DNA of 56,680 nucleotides from NCBI RefSeq assembly GCF_004010195.1, contig NC_057720.1, positions 3,964,792-4,021,471 on the forward strand, in the 5' to 3' direction. This stretch comes from Chiloscyllium plagiosum. Its lineage: Eukaryota. Position 1 is the first letter of the stretch; each line of letters opens with the position of its first letter. Made by a program: the position numbers and the translations under genes. Below, one piece after another: positions 11,444-23,595 of this stretch. The notes beneath the pieces were generated by a model. The model did not search any database and was not told the origin of the DNA. It was given only the letters and a program-made list of their open reading frames with translations.

Positions 11444-12175
11444 GTATGTAATTTACATTTTTACGGATGCTAAAGATGATATTTAACGTGAATGGTCAGA
11501 TTCTCCAGAGTTTGCTAAGGGCAAAGTCACTATCTGCTATCACTCAGACCAAGTCCAGGAACAATCGAAGTGTTCAGAAATATAACATATGATGAAACGT
11601 TCTGGTATTCCTGCATCCCCCCTCTGCCCCATGGGATGGTCTAGTTTGTGTCATGTTTACTGTACCCTCAGTAGACAGCCCCCATTTTTACCTTCCATGC
11701 CTTCAGTCCCACCCATGTGAGATCTCTGTTTCTGTTACACCCACAATTAGCAAACCCTTTGTCTTTTGCACTGGGCTCCAGCACCATCTGTACCCCTCAC
11801 TCTTCCCCACTCCATTAAAAATAGTTTTAAAACCCCATCATTTTCCAATACCTTTCAATCTGAGTAAGTGTCACATTGGACTCAAAACCTTAAATCTGTT
11901 TTTCTCTGCACAGCTGCTGCCAGACCTGCTGAGTTTCTCTGGAACATTCTGTTTTTAATTAGATTTCCAGCATCCACTTTTTTTTTAGCTTTTATTACAT
12001 GGAGATTCCTGATTTTTCTTTGAATCCTTTCTTTTTGACAAACTGGTTACATCTCTGGGTTTGGAAGGTGCTGTCTGAGGATCTTTGGTGAATTTCTGCA
12101 GTGCATCTTGTAGACAGTACACACGGCTGCTACTGGGCGTCGGTGGTGGTGGGAGTGGATGCTTGTGGATACAGT

Positions 12176-12384
12176 CAAAAGATGTGGTGCTGGAAAAGCA
12201 CAGCAGGTCAGGCAGCATCCGAGGAGCAGGAGAGTCGACGTTTTGGGCATAGGCTCTAATGAAAGACTTATGCCCGAAACGTTGACTCTCCTGCTCCTCG
12301 GATGCTGCCTGACCTGCTGTGCTTTTCAGGCAATACACTCCTGACTCTGAACTCCAGCATCTGCAGTCCTTACTTTCTCCTAGT
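12176..12384. mobile_element. Family-B fold-back mini-element inside an L2 fragment
   Basis: Inverted arms. TSD-like ttgtggatacagt / ttatggatagagt. Confidence 0.8.
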
Positions 12385-12439
12385 TTATGGATAGAGTACC
12401 AATCAAGTGGGCTGCTTTGTCCTGAATAGTTGTAGTCCA

Positions 12440-13380
12440 TGCCGAACGTGATCCCAAACTAAACTAGTCCCACCTGCCTGCTCCTGGCCCATATCCCTCC
12501 TATTCATGTGTCTATCCAAATGTCTTTTAAACATTGTAATTGTACCCACATCCACCACTTTCTCTGGAAGTTCATTCTGTATGCAAACCACCCTCTGTGT
12601 AAAAGAAATTACCTCCTGCCTTCTTTAAATCTTTCTCCTTTCACCTTAAAAATGATCCCCCATCTTGGGGAAAAGACACTGTACCATTAAGTCCATCTAC
12701 ACCCTTCATTATTTTATAAACTTCTATCAGGTCACCTCTCAATCTCCTCGCTCCAGCCTTTCTTTATAAGTCAAACCTTCCATACCTGGCAACATCCTGG
12801 TAAATCTCTTCTGAACCTATCTCCAGCTCAATAATATCCTTCGTAAAACAGGGCAGCCAGAACCAGACACAGTATTCCAAAAGAAGCCTCCTGTACAACC
12901 TCAACATAACACCCCAACTCCTATACTCAAAGGACTGAGCAATGAAAGCAAGCGTGCCAAACAACTTTTCAACCATCCTGTCTACATGTGATGCAGACTT
13001 CACTGAATTATGTACCTCCACCCCAAGGTCTCTCAGTTCTACAGTATTATCCAAGGCCCTACCATTAATTGTATAAGGTCTACCATTGTTTATGCAATAC
13101 TTTGCTGAAAATGTGTTGCTGGAAAAGCGCAGCAGGTCAGGCAGCATCCAAGGAACAGGAGAATCGATGTTTCGGGCATAAGCCCTTCTTCAGGAACCTG
13201 TTCCTTGGATGCTGCCTGACCTGCTGCGCTTTTCCAGCAACACATTTTCAGCTCTGATCTCCAGCATCTGCAGCCCTCACTTTCTCCTTATGCAATACTT
13301 TGCCTTTATCCAGATTGAACCCCATCTGCAATTTTTCAGCCCATTGACTCATTTGATCAAGATCCCTTTGTAATCTTTGG
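12440..13380 (-). mobile_element. CR1 LINE 3' portion
   Basis: RDLGVEVH.S.K...VDR, LEYCV.FW.P and WNELPEKVV motifs. Confidence 0.88.
13106..13287. mobile_element. Family-B fold-back mini-element
   Basis: Perfect 16-bp TSD ttatgcaatactttgc at 13090-13105 and 13288-13303. Hammerhead core on the - strand at 13166-13193. Confidence 0.9.
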
Positions 13381-14659
13381 AAAGCTTGAGCATCTTGAGT
13401 GTTGTTGGAGCTGCCCCGATCCAGGCAAGAGGGGAGTATTCCATCCCACTCCTGACTTGTGCCTTGTAGATGGTGGAAAGGCTTTGGGGAGTCAAGACAG
13501 GAGTTACTCACACAGTATTCCTAGTTTTTGACATGCTCTTGTAGCCGCTCTGTTTATGTGCTAAATTGAATTGAGTTTCTGGTGAATGGTAACCCCCAGG
13601 ATATGGACAGTGGGGGATTCAGTGATGGTAATGCCATTGGATGTGAAGGGGTGATGGTCATTGGAGATGATCATTGTCCAGCATTTGTGTGCTGTGAATG
13701 TTACTTGCCACTTGTCAGCCCAAGCAAACAGTGAAGGAGCGAGAGAATCAATTACAGGGCACGTTCTGAAATTCCTGACCCAGGGCTCTGTGTTCCTGTT
13801 GTTTCTGCTGAGTGTCCCTGGGGGGGTGGGACTGGACTGGTCTGGATCTGCTTAAGGTAACACAATAAACAAACAGGAGGCTGGAAGAACACAGCAAGCC
13901 AGGCAGCATCAGGAGGTGGAGAAATCAACGTTTCAGGTGTAACCCATCTTCAGTGTTGCGCAGTGGCTGCAGATACCTGGTCAGGGAAGGTGTATAAACC
14001 CCAGCTCCTGACCGCAGTCAAGGCAGCCCCCCCATCTTCCACCTGCAGGGGGACATCCTGCAGCATTGGGAGGGCAGTTACTGGAGATCTAACTCACTGA
14101 GAAACAGACCCAGCTTCATACAGGAGCAGGTCCCTGGACACTGAGCAACTCCAACAGGAGACACGTGGCTCAGACACCTCAACCTTCCACTGTCCGGTCT
14201 CTAGATTCTGTCAGGGTCAGGAATCCATATCAGATTTACTGGGATCCAGTGATCCCTTAGTCCCTCCTGCCATTCTCATCCAACCCTGCTGCATCAGGGT
14301 CCATGTTGATCTCTCTGGGTCTTTAATTCTGATGGATTCTCGAAGGATCTGGCAGTGGGAACCCTCTCCCTCAATATTGACCTTTTCAGGATTTGGGACT
14401 GTCCTCAGTGAGCCATCATATTAAACCTTGACTCAAACAGACCCTTGGGGTTAGAGGCTGTTTGTCATTATCTTTAAATCCACATGATCAGCCTGTTGTG
14501 TGAGAGAGATTGTCCTCTGTCTGTAGCTGCAGACAGATGATTCCCTTTTCTAATGAACATTCCTGATGAAGGGCTTATGCCCAAAACATCTATTCTCCTG
14601 CTCCTCGGACACTACCTGAATGGCTGTGCTTTTCCAGCACCACACTTTCGACCCAGAAT

Positions 14660-15320
14660 GTTCCAAATCTAAAGATGACGCAGTTGGACAGGACAAACCC
14701 ATCAAGGGAATATACGATGAACAGTCAGACCCCAGGAAGTAACAGGGATCAGAGGGACCTTGGTGTGTATGTACACTGTTCCCAGCACAGGTGGATGAAA
14801 TGGTTAAGGTGGCAAATAAGGGGTAACGTGCTGTTATTTGCTGAGGCCTGAGGATTATGAGCAAGGAGGTGATGATGGAACTGTATAAAAACATTGGTTA
14901 GGCCACAGCGAGAGTATCATGTACAGTTCTGGAATCCACATTGTCAGAGGGATGTGATAGCACTGGGGAGGAGGCAGAGGAGATTTCCCTGGGCGTTGCC
15001 TGGGCTGGAGAGTTTCAGTGATGGAGAGAGATTGGACAGACTGGGCTTATTTTCCTTAGAGCAGAGGAGACTGAGAGGGGACGTGATCGAGATGGAGAAC
15101 ATGGTGAGGGGTGTAGACAGGAAGAAACTTTTCCCCTTGACAGAGGAATCAATGAACAGTGGGAATAGATTTAAGGAAAAGGATGAAGGTTAGAGAGGGA
15201 TGTGAGGAACAGCTTTTTCACCCAGAGTGTGGTGGGGATCTGGAATTCCCTGCCTCTAAGGGTGGGGGAGGCAGAAAGCTTCAGTACATTGAAGAAGGAT
15301 TTAGGTGGGCACTTGTGATG
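14660..15320 (+). mobile_element. Decayed CR1 3' portion
   Basis: VRPQREYHVQFWNPH...RLDRLGLFSLEQRRLRGD. Confidence 0.85.
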
Positions 15321-16254
15321 CCAAGAGATTTCTCCACAGATGCTGAGCTTTTCCAGCAATTTCTGTTTTTGTTTCTGTTTTGTTCTAAGTTCTATTTCCA
15401 ACATCCGCAATTCTTTTGGTGTTAAACTGACTGCCACATCACTTCCAGGCATGACCACCTTGAAGATATCCTGCTCCTCTCTCCAATAGCATTTCCATTC
15501 CAATCTTTTTATCTTGTTCACTGTCATTACTTTTGCTGAATTCCTGGTGTTTCGCGAATAGTCCCCATTAGCAGCTATTCATTCCCCCAGACTGACCTTA
15601 ACACAATCGTTTGACCAAATGATCTTCTTTCTCTGAGTTCTTTCTCAGAGTGTTAACTCTGATTTCTCTCCACAGATGTTGCCGGACCTGCTGAATTGTT
15701 CCAGCAATTTCTGGGTTTTGTTTCTGATTTCCAGCATCCACAGTCCTTTTGGTCTTATTTGCTTAACATTGAATGAACTCTTCGTGTCCCAGACTGATGT
15801 TTATAACTGCAATTCTAGAGAGATCCACCTGGTGGCAACATTGTTCCACATTGAATCTCTGACATTCTGCCTCTGTTTTAGTTTAATGTGAGTCAGGAGT
15901 CACGTGGGGGCAAACCAGGACAGTAGAGTGGGCTCCCTTGACATGGGTTTTGATGTCAATCAGTGATAGTTTACCATCACTGAGACTTGCTTTGTATTCC
16001 AGAATTAGTTAATTGAATTTAAATTCCATGGCCTGCCGTGCTGGAGTTCGAACCCATGTCCCCAGAACATTTACCTGGGGCTCTAGGCTCCTGGTCCAGT
16101 AATGTTTCTCCTGTGCCACTATTTTCCCGATGATGAGAAAATAATTCCTCCAAGCTGGGTATTCTAGAATGTGGGGTCTCAATTTCAGAATTTTGGACTG
16201 AGGTGGGGAGCAATTTCCTCTCTCTCACAAACTCAGTCATTGAGTGTGTTCAAC

Positions 16255-16972
16255 AGTCATAGACTCAAAGAGACGTACAACACAGTAACAGCCCCTTCAG
16301 TCCAACCCCTCAATGCTGACCAGATATCTTAAATCAATCTAGTCCCACCTGCTAACACCTGGCCCATATCCCTCTAAACCCTTCCTATTCATATACCCAT
16401 CCTTTTAAATGTTGCAATTGTACCAGCCTCCACCACTTCCTCTGGCGGCTCATTCCATACACGTACCATCCTCTGTGTGAAAAAGTTGCCCCTTCGGTCT
16501 CTTTTATATCTTCCCCCTCTCAGCCTAAACCTATGCCCTCTAGTTCTGGACTCCCCGACCCCAGGGAAAAGACTTTGTCTATTTATCCTATCCATGCCCC
16601 TCATGGTTTTATAAACCTCTATAAGGTCACCCCTCAGCCTCCCACGCTCCAGGGAAAACAGAGGTTGATGGATCTTTGCTCACAAAAGGGAATTGGGGGT
16701 ACCCATCCAAATGCCTCTTAAATGTTGTAATTGTACCAGTCTCCACCACTTCCTCTGGCAGCTCATTCCATACACATACCACTCTCTGTGTGAAAAAGTT
16801 GCCCCTTAGGTCTCTTTTATATCTTTCCTCTCTCACCCTAAACCTATACCCTCTAGTTCTGGACTCCCCATCCCTGAGGAAAAGATTTCGGCAATTCACT
16901 CTATCCATGCCCCTCATGGTTTTATAAACCTCTATAAGGTCACCCCTCAGCCTCCCACGCTCCAGGGAAAAC
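16255..16972 (-). mobile_element. Two adjacent CR1 3' fragments with a 112-bp exact duplication
   Basis: MRGMDR...RTRGH.F...GNFFTQR.V.VWNE occurs twice. 16588-16699 is identical to 16901-17012. Confidence 0.88.
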
Positions 16973-17304
16973 AGAGGTTGATGGATCTTTGCTCACAAAA
17001 GGGAATTGGGGGATATGGGAAGGTGAAGCTGACGGGAAATTTTGCAAACGTATAAATTGGAGCAACGGCAGACCATTCAGCCCTTTGAATCCCGTTCAGT
17101 CTGATTGTAGTTGATCTGTTTGTGTTTTGAATCCCACATTCCCATCTGTCCTCCTCGATCCTTCTGTCATTAAAATATTCAGTGAGTCCAACGTCTATCA
17201 GCTTCTGAGGCATAGAGTTCTAAAGTCTCTCAATCCACTGAGAGAAAAGATGTTTCTTCTCACCCCTGAGCTGAAAGGGTGATCCCTGGTAATAAAACAG
17301 CATC

Positions 17305-17495
17305 AGGGAGACAGTGAGGACTGCAGATGCTGGAGATCAGAGTTGAGAGTATGTTGCTGGAAAAGCACGGCTGGTCAGGCAGCATCCGAGGAGCAGGATT
17401 CCTGATGAAGCGCTCCGGCCCGAAACGTCGATTTTCCTGCTCCTCGGATGCTGCCTGACCTGCTGTGTTTTTCCAGTAACACACACTCGACACAT
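17305..17495. mobile_element. Family-B fold-back mini-element
   Basis: TSD taaaacagcatc at 17293-17304 and 17496-17507. CTGATGA at 17402 and GAAACGTC at 17422. Confidence 0.87.
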
Positions 17496-19416
17496 TAAAA
17501 CAGCATCTCCTGGTTCTGGACTGACTCAGAGAGGAAACAGCCTTACCACATCCACTTGGTGGAGATCCTTCAGGATCTGATACACTTCAATCTCATTCTC
17601 CAGTGAAAGCAAGCCCCAGTCTGTCCAACCATTCCTCCTTAGACAACCCACTCATTCGTGGAATCAATCTGGTAAATCTCATCTGAGCAACCTTCAACAC
17701 ATTTACATCTGGCCTTAAATAAAGAGACCAAAACTGCACACAGTCTTCAAGATATGAGCTCACCGATGACCTGTGTAAATGAAGGAAACATCCTTACTTT
17801 GACATTTTATTCCTGTTGAAGTAAAGCACAGTATTCCATGACCAATCTTAGTTGTTCCTGCACTAACTTCTCCAGATGCATGCACTAACATACCCAGTTC
17901 CCTCTGCATCTCACAATGTTGTTTCCCGCCATGGTCTTACTGAATGATATGTATGTCCCAGCCCTCCACAAGATGCCCAATAATTGCCATTCTGGTTACC
18001 CTGAGATAGCAACATGAAAAGAGACTGGATTAGTTAGGACTCTGTTGGGTTCTGAGTTATACTGCAGCTGTGCAATGCTCTGATTGGAACCCACTTACAA
18101 ACTCCTCGGCCAGAGGGTGCTGTTGCCTTGGCACCTTCACCAGACTGATCCAGGCGATAAAATGATGAAATCGTCAGTGTGGGTTACAGGAGGGAGGTTT
18201 GTATTTCTTTCAGCACAGAGAATTGGAGATGATTTCATTAAGGTGTTTAAGGTGATCCTGTGAGTCGAAAAGGTGATAGAGAAAGATCTATTTCCATTCC
18301 ATCAAAGATCAATCTAAATTGATATCTAGAACAAGATATCGTGAATGCGAAATGTAGAGTTCCTCAGATCAACCAGGATGCTTCTATTAGTAGGATGTGG
18401 GCATCAGTGGCTGGGCCCAGCATTTATTGCCTGTCCCTCGTTGCCCCTTGAGAAGGTGGGGGTGAACTGCCTTCTAGAACCACTGCAGTCCATGTGCTGT
18501 AGGTAGACCCACAATGCCCTTGGAATTTTGACCCAGCAAGGAAGGAACGGCAATACTGGGATGGTGAGTGGCTTGGACGGGAACTTGCAGGGGGTGGTGT
18601 TCCCATGTATCTGCTGCCCTTGTCCTTCTGAATGGAAGTGGTAGTGGGTTTGGAAGGTGCTGTTTCAGGATCTTTGGTGAATGTCTGCTGTGCATCTTGT
18701 AGATAGAAATAGCAGTGTGTACTGAGTGTCGGTGATGGAGGGAGTGGATGTGGTGCCATATATAGTCTCCATATTATTTTTAAGGGAGTGGTAATTCTCA
18801 AACTCTATTTTGATCAAAATGCTGTTGAGGTTGAGGCTTGAAAATGTCAAAACTGGGAATGACGCTGTGTTTCTAAACCAAAACAGAGAAATGGTCATGA
18901 AGATGCAGATTATTTGTTAACTCCTTGAATAATAGGACAGGCTCAATGGGCTGAATGGCCTACTCCTGTTCCTGCTCTCCCATAACCAAGTAAAAAGGTC
19001 CTCAATGAGATCATAGGTTAGTGGTTAGAGTAAAGTCTCTCGCTCTCGCTCTCAAATGGCACTGAAATTATGAAAGAGAAGATAGGAGCAGGAGTAGGCC
19101 ATTCAGCCCCTCAAGCCTGCCCCGCCATTCAGTATGATCGTGACTGATGTTTGAGCTCAATACACCAATCCCATCTTTCACCATGTCCCATAATCTCTTT
19201 AGCCACTAGCGCTATATCAACCTCCATCTTAAAAAAAACTGTTTCGGCCTCAACCTCATGCTGTGGTAGTGAATTCCCAGGCTCCCAACTCTCTGGGTGA
19301 AGACATTTCTCTTCATCGCAGCCCGAAATGGCCTACCCCTTATCCTGAAACCATGACCCCTGATTCTGGACTGCTCCATCATTGGAAACATCCTTCCTAC
19401 CTTTACTCTGTCTAGA

Positions 19417-20130
19417 GTTGAAGAGTGTGGTGCTGGAAAAGCACAGCCAGTCAGGCAGCATCAGAGGAGCAGGAGAATCGATGTTTCAGGCCATAGCTCT
19501 TCATCAGGAGTAAGGGGGTGGCCCAAGGGGTCTGAGAGAGAATTGGGAGGGGAGTGGGGCTGGGGGGGCAACGGTATGCATTAGGTAGATGAAGGTGGGA
19601 GGGCGACGGTGATAGGTCGGAGGGGAGGGTGGAGTGGATAGGTGGGAAGGAAGATGGACAGGTAGGACAGGTCATGAGGGTGGTGCTGTGTTGGAAGGTT
19701 GGATCTGGAATAAGGTAGGGGGAGGGGAAATGGGGAATCTGGTGAAATCCACACTGATCCTGTGTGGTTGGAGGGTCCCAAGGTGGATGATGAGGCGTTC
19801 TTCCTCCAGGTGTCGGATGGTAAGGGTTTAGTGATGGAGGAGTTCCAGGACTTGCATGGCCTTGGTGGAGTGGGAGGGGGAGTTAAAGTGTTCGTCCACA
19901 GGGCGGTGGGGTTGGTTAGTACGGGTGTCTCAGACATGTTCTCTGAAACATTGCACAATTTGGCGTCCAGTCTCCCCAATGTAGAAGAGACCACATGGAG
20001 AGCAACAGACACAGTAGATGAGGTGTGTGGAAGTGCAGGTAAATCTCTACCGGATGTGGAAGGATCCTTTTGGGGCCTTGGATGGAGGTGAAGGGGGAGG
20101 TGTAGGTGCAGGTTTTTCATTCCTTGCAAT
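19417..20130 (-). mobile_element. Penelope-like element (Neptune-type), GIY-YIG region + pLTR
   Basis: Homologous to the 39085-39855 copy (same YIG, HF and LGTLQP segments with frameshifts) and ends in a family-B pLTR. Confidence 0.85.
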
Positions 20131-20209
20131 CTTATGGTTAAAGAAGCAAGAGAGCGTGGCAGTGGTCCATGGACTGGTATCCTTTCAGAGGGCAGAAAGG
20201 GGGAATTAG

Positions 20210-20830
20210 AAACAGCACAGAAACACACTCTTCAATCCAACTCGTCAATGCTGACCAGATAGACTAACCATATCGAGCCAACACTTGGCCCATATCCCTC
20301 CAAACCCTTCCTATTCACACACCCACCCAGATGCCTTTTTAAATGCTGTCATTGTACCAGCCTCCACCACTTCCTCTGGCAGCTCATTCCATACACGCAC
20401 CGCCCTCTGTGTGAAAATGTTGCCCCTTTATCCTCCCATCTATACCCTTTAGTTTTGCACTGTCCTACTCTGGGGAAAAGACTTTGTCTATTTATCCTAT
20501 GCATGCCCCTCATGATTTTATAAACCTCTATAAGGTCACCCCTCAGCCTTTGATGCTCCAGGGAAAACAGCCCCAGCCTGTTCAGCCTCTCCGTGTAGCT
20601 CAGACCCTCCAATTCTAGCAACATCCTTGTAAATCTTTTCTGAACCCTTTCAGGTTTCACACCATCCTTCCTATAGCAGGGAGACCAGAATTGCACATAG
20701 TATTCCAGAAATGGCCTAACCAATGTCCTGTACAGCCACAAAATGACTTCCCAACTCCTGTACTCAATACTCTGACTAATAAGGGAAACTTTACCAAAAG
20801 CTGCCTTCACTATCCTATCTACCTGTGATT
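20210..20830 (-). mobile_element. CR1 3' portion
   Basis: ORF 20349-20810: LYRTLVRPFLEYYVQFWSP...RRLRGD-type motifs. Confidence 0.9.
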
Positions 20831-21096
20831 CTGGTCAAGCAGGAGGAAGTACAGGGGCAGGAGGAAGCAGAGGGGTGGGTTTCCATGCCCAAGGGGAAGG
20901 AGTGAGAATGTTGGCTATTAGTCCTAAGTGGGGACTCTCTGATGGGCTTTGAACTCTGTTTCTGCCCAGCAAATCTTGCCCCACGTCCTCAGCATTGCTT
21001 CGACCAGTGAACTATGCCCAGGGGAGAGTGAAATGAACGCAATAATCCCCGTGTGAAAAAATCTCAGCACATACTTATGTTGCTTTATTCTTTCAG

Positions 21097-21209
21097 TCTC
21101 AAAGAACACACACTATATCCTGATCTTTGATGCCTGTGTCATGTTGAGTTGCCTGATGTCACTTGTCCTGTGTACCCGATCTATTATCCTCGGTCTCCAG
21201 TTACACAAG
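21097..21209 (+). CDS. MCOLN2: Mucolipin coding exon (S2)
   Basis: tttattctttcag|TC...AAG|gtattt. 113 nt, (L)SKNTHYILIFDACVMLSCLMSLVLCTRSIILGLQLHK. Confidence 0.95.
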
Positions 21210-21406
21210 GTATTTATACAACTGCATCTTTGAATGTGTACAGGTTACCCCGTCTGCATTGGGAATGTCAGTCTGGAGTGTTAAGCTCCAAACCTGGTTG
21301 AAAGGTTCAGTGGTCTGATCAATCTGATCGGTAGCACAGAATTATAGAATCATACAGTATAGAAGAGGTCCTTTGACCCCGTACTGCCAAAGCTACATTA
21401 AATCTA

Positions 21407-21657
21407 TTAACAAACACATCTACCACCCCTGAGAAAAAAGAACAGGAAATGACATCACCACAGGAAATGACATCACCAACCCAAAGAAGCCCAAACATAT
21501 AAATAGAAAGCAGGTATTATTAGCAGTGCTTCGCCCGGAGGCCCACTGAAGATCTTACCTAGTATGGTGAGGAAACATCTGGAAATGAACCTTCCAGCTC
21601 AATGGGCAAACCTACAAACAGAACCTCAATCTGAGCTACAAATCTTCTCAAAACTCG
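21407..21657 (+). mobile_element. Poseidon-type Penelope pLTR (family D) with hammerhead motif
   Basis: Homologous to the pLTR of the 23596-24405 element. TSD-like ctac(a/g)tt(a/g)aatcta at 21393-21406 and 21658-21671. Confidence 0.8.
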
Positions 21658-22469
21658 CTACGTTGAATCTACATTTGTCCACTTGTCTGTACATAGCCTT
21701 GAATGTTCTGACATTTCAAATGTTCATACAAGTACTTTTTAGAAGTTGTGAAGGTTCCTGCCTCAACTATGCACCAGGCAGTGCATTCCAGATCCCCAAC
21801 ACCCTTCTCCTCAAGTCCCCTCTGAACTTCCTGCCTTTCACTTGAAAATTATTCCCCTTTTGTTATCCACACTTTGACTAAAGGGGACAACAGCTTTCGA
21901 TTCACCCTGTCCATGCCCCTCAGCCATCTCTGCTCCAATGTAAACACCCCGAGCTTATTCAGCCTCTCTCCATGGATAGACTGCTGCATCCCGCGCCACA
22001 TCCTGGTGAATGTCATCCTCTGCACCTCCTCTACTGTAACCCCATCCTTCCTGTTGTGTGGGGACCAGAGCTGCACACAGTAATCCAGCTGTGGCCTCAA
22101 AGTCCTGTACAGCTCCAGCACAACCTCCTGCTTCTATAATCTATCCACAACTGGACAAGGTAAGTCCCAAATGCCACTCTGTAATCCTGACCTGTCACCT
22201 TAAAGGACATGTGGATAAGCATTCCTGTATTCCTTTCTAAACAATATTCATTATTCAATACCTTCTTATTGTTTTTCAATGTGTACCATGGTTCCAATCT
22301 CAAACATCCCTAACTGTGGAATCAAGTAGTTGATGCAGTTTGTGACAGTCATGGACCAAGTGTCGACACAAAGACCCGGCTGACTGGGAATGAGCTTCAA
22401 CTCAGTGCTTTAACCTGTCAGTCTGAAAAACTAAGAGTCAACAGTTGGCAGCAGCAATCCCTGGGCAAT

Positions 22470-22862
22470 ACGTCTGATTGAGACGTATAAGATTATGAAA
22501 CGATTGGACACTCTGGCAGTAGAAAACATATTTCCACTGATGGGTGAGTGCCGAACCAGAGGACACAGCTTAAAAATACGGGGTAGACCATTTAGGACAG
22601 AGCTCAGGAGAAACTTCTTCAGCCAGAGAGTGGTGGCTGTGTGGAATGCTCTGCCCCAGAGGGCAGTGGAGGCCCACTCTCTGGATTCATTTAAGAAAGA
22701 GTTGGATAGAGCTCTCAAAGATAGTGGAATCAAGGGTTATGGAGATAAGGCAGGAACAGGATACTGATTAGGAATGATCAGCCATGATTATATTGAATGG
22801 CGGTGCAGGCTCGAAGGGCTGAATGGCCTACTCCTGCACCTATTGTCTATTGTCTATTGTCT
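22470..22862 (+). mobile_element. Young CR1 3' end
   Basis: ECRTRGHSLKIRGRPFRTELRRNFFSQRVV.VWNALP and a (tattgtc)n tail. Confidence 0.92.
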
Positions 22863-22989
22863 GTGCCCAGTCAATGAGAGAACACTGAGTGTAACAGCAG
22901 ATCAGGCCATTCAGCCCTCAGAGACTTTGCAACACCTTCACCATGGCATCTAATGGCTCCCAGACAACCCACAACATTTCACAGCAATA

Positions 22990-23296
22990 GGGCGGCATGG
23001 TGACACAGTGGTTAGCACTGCTGCCTCACAGCACCAGGGTCCCAGGTTTGATTCCTGCCTCGGGCGACTGTCTGTGTGGAGTTTGCACATTCTCCCCGTG
23101 TCTGCGTGGGTTTCCTTTGGGTGCTCCGGTTTCCCCCCACAGTCCAAAGATGTGCAGGTCAGGTGAATTGGCCACGCTAAATTGCCCATAGTGCTAGGTG
23201 CATTAGTCAGAGAGAAATGAGTCTAGGTGGGTTACTCTTCAGAGGGTCGGTGTTGGTTGGGCCAAAGGGCCTGTTTCCACACTGTAGAAAATCTAA
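22990..23296 (+). mobile_element. HE1-type SINE
   Basis: tRNA head + V-domain + tail. Confidence 0.92.
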
Positions 23297-23595
23297 AAAA
23301 AAATACCTTTTTGAAATTTACTTGTACTGTATGAAATGTAGCAGCCAATTTATCTTTTTATTCATTCACGGAATGGGGGTGTTACTGGCAAGGCCAGCAT
23401 TTAGTCCCCATCCCTTCTTGCCCAGAGGGCAGTTAAGAGTCAACCACATTGCTGTGGGTCTGGAGTCACATGTAGGCCAGACCAGGTAAGGATGGCAGTT
23501 TCCTTTCTGAAAGGGCATCAGAGAATTTGATGGATTTTTCCAACAATTGGCAATGGCTTCATGGTCATCAAGAGAGTCTTAATTCCAGATTTTTT

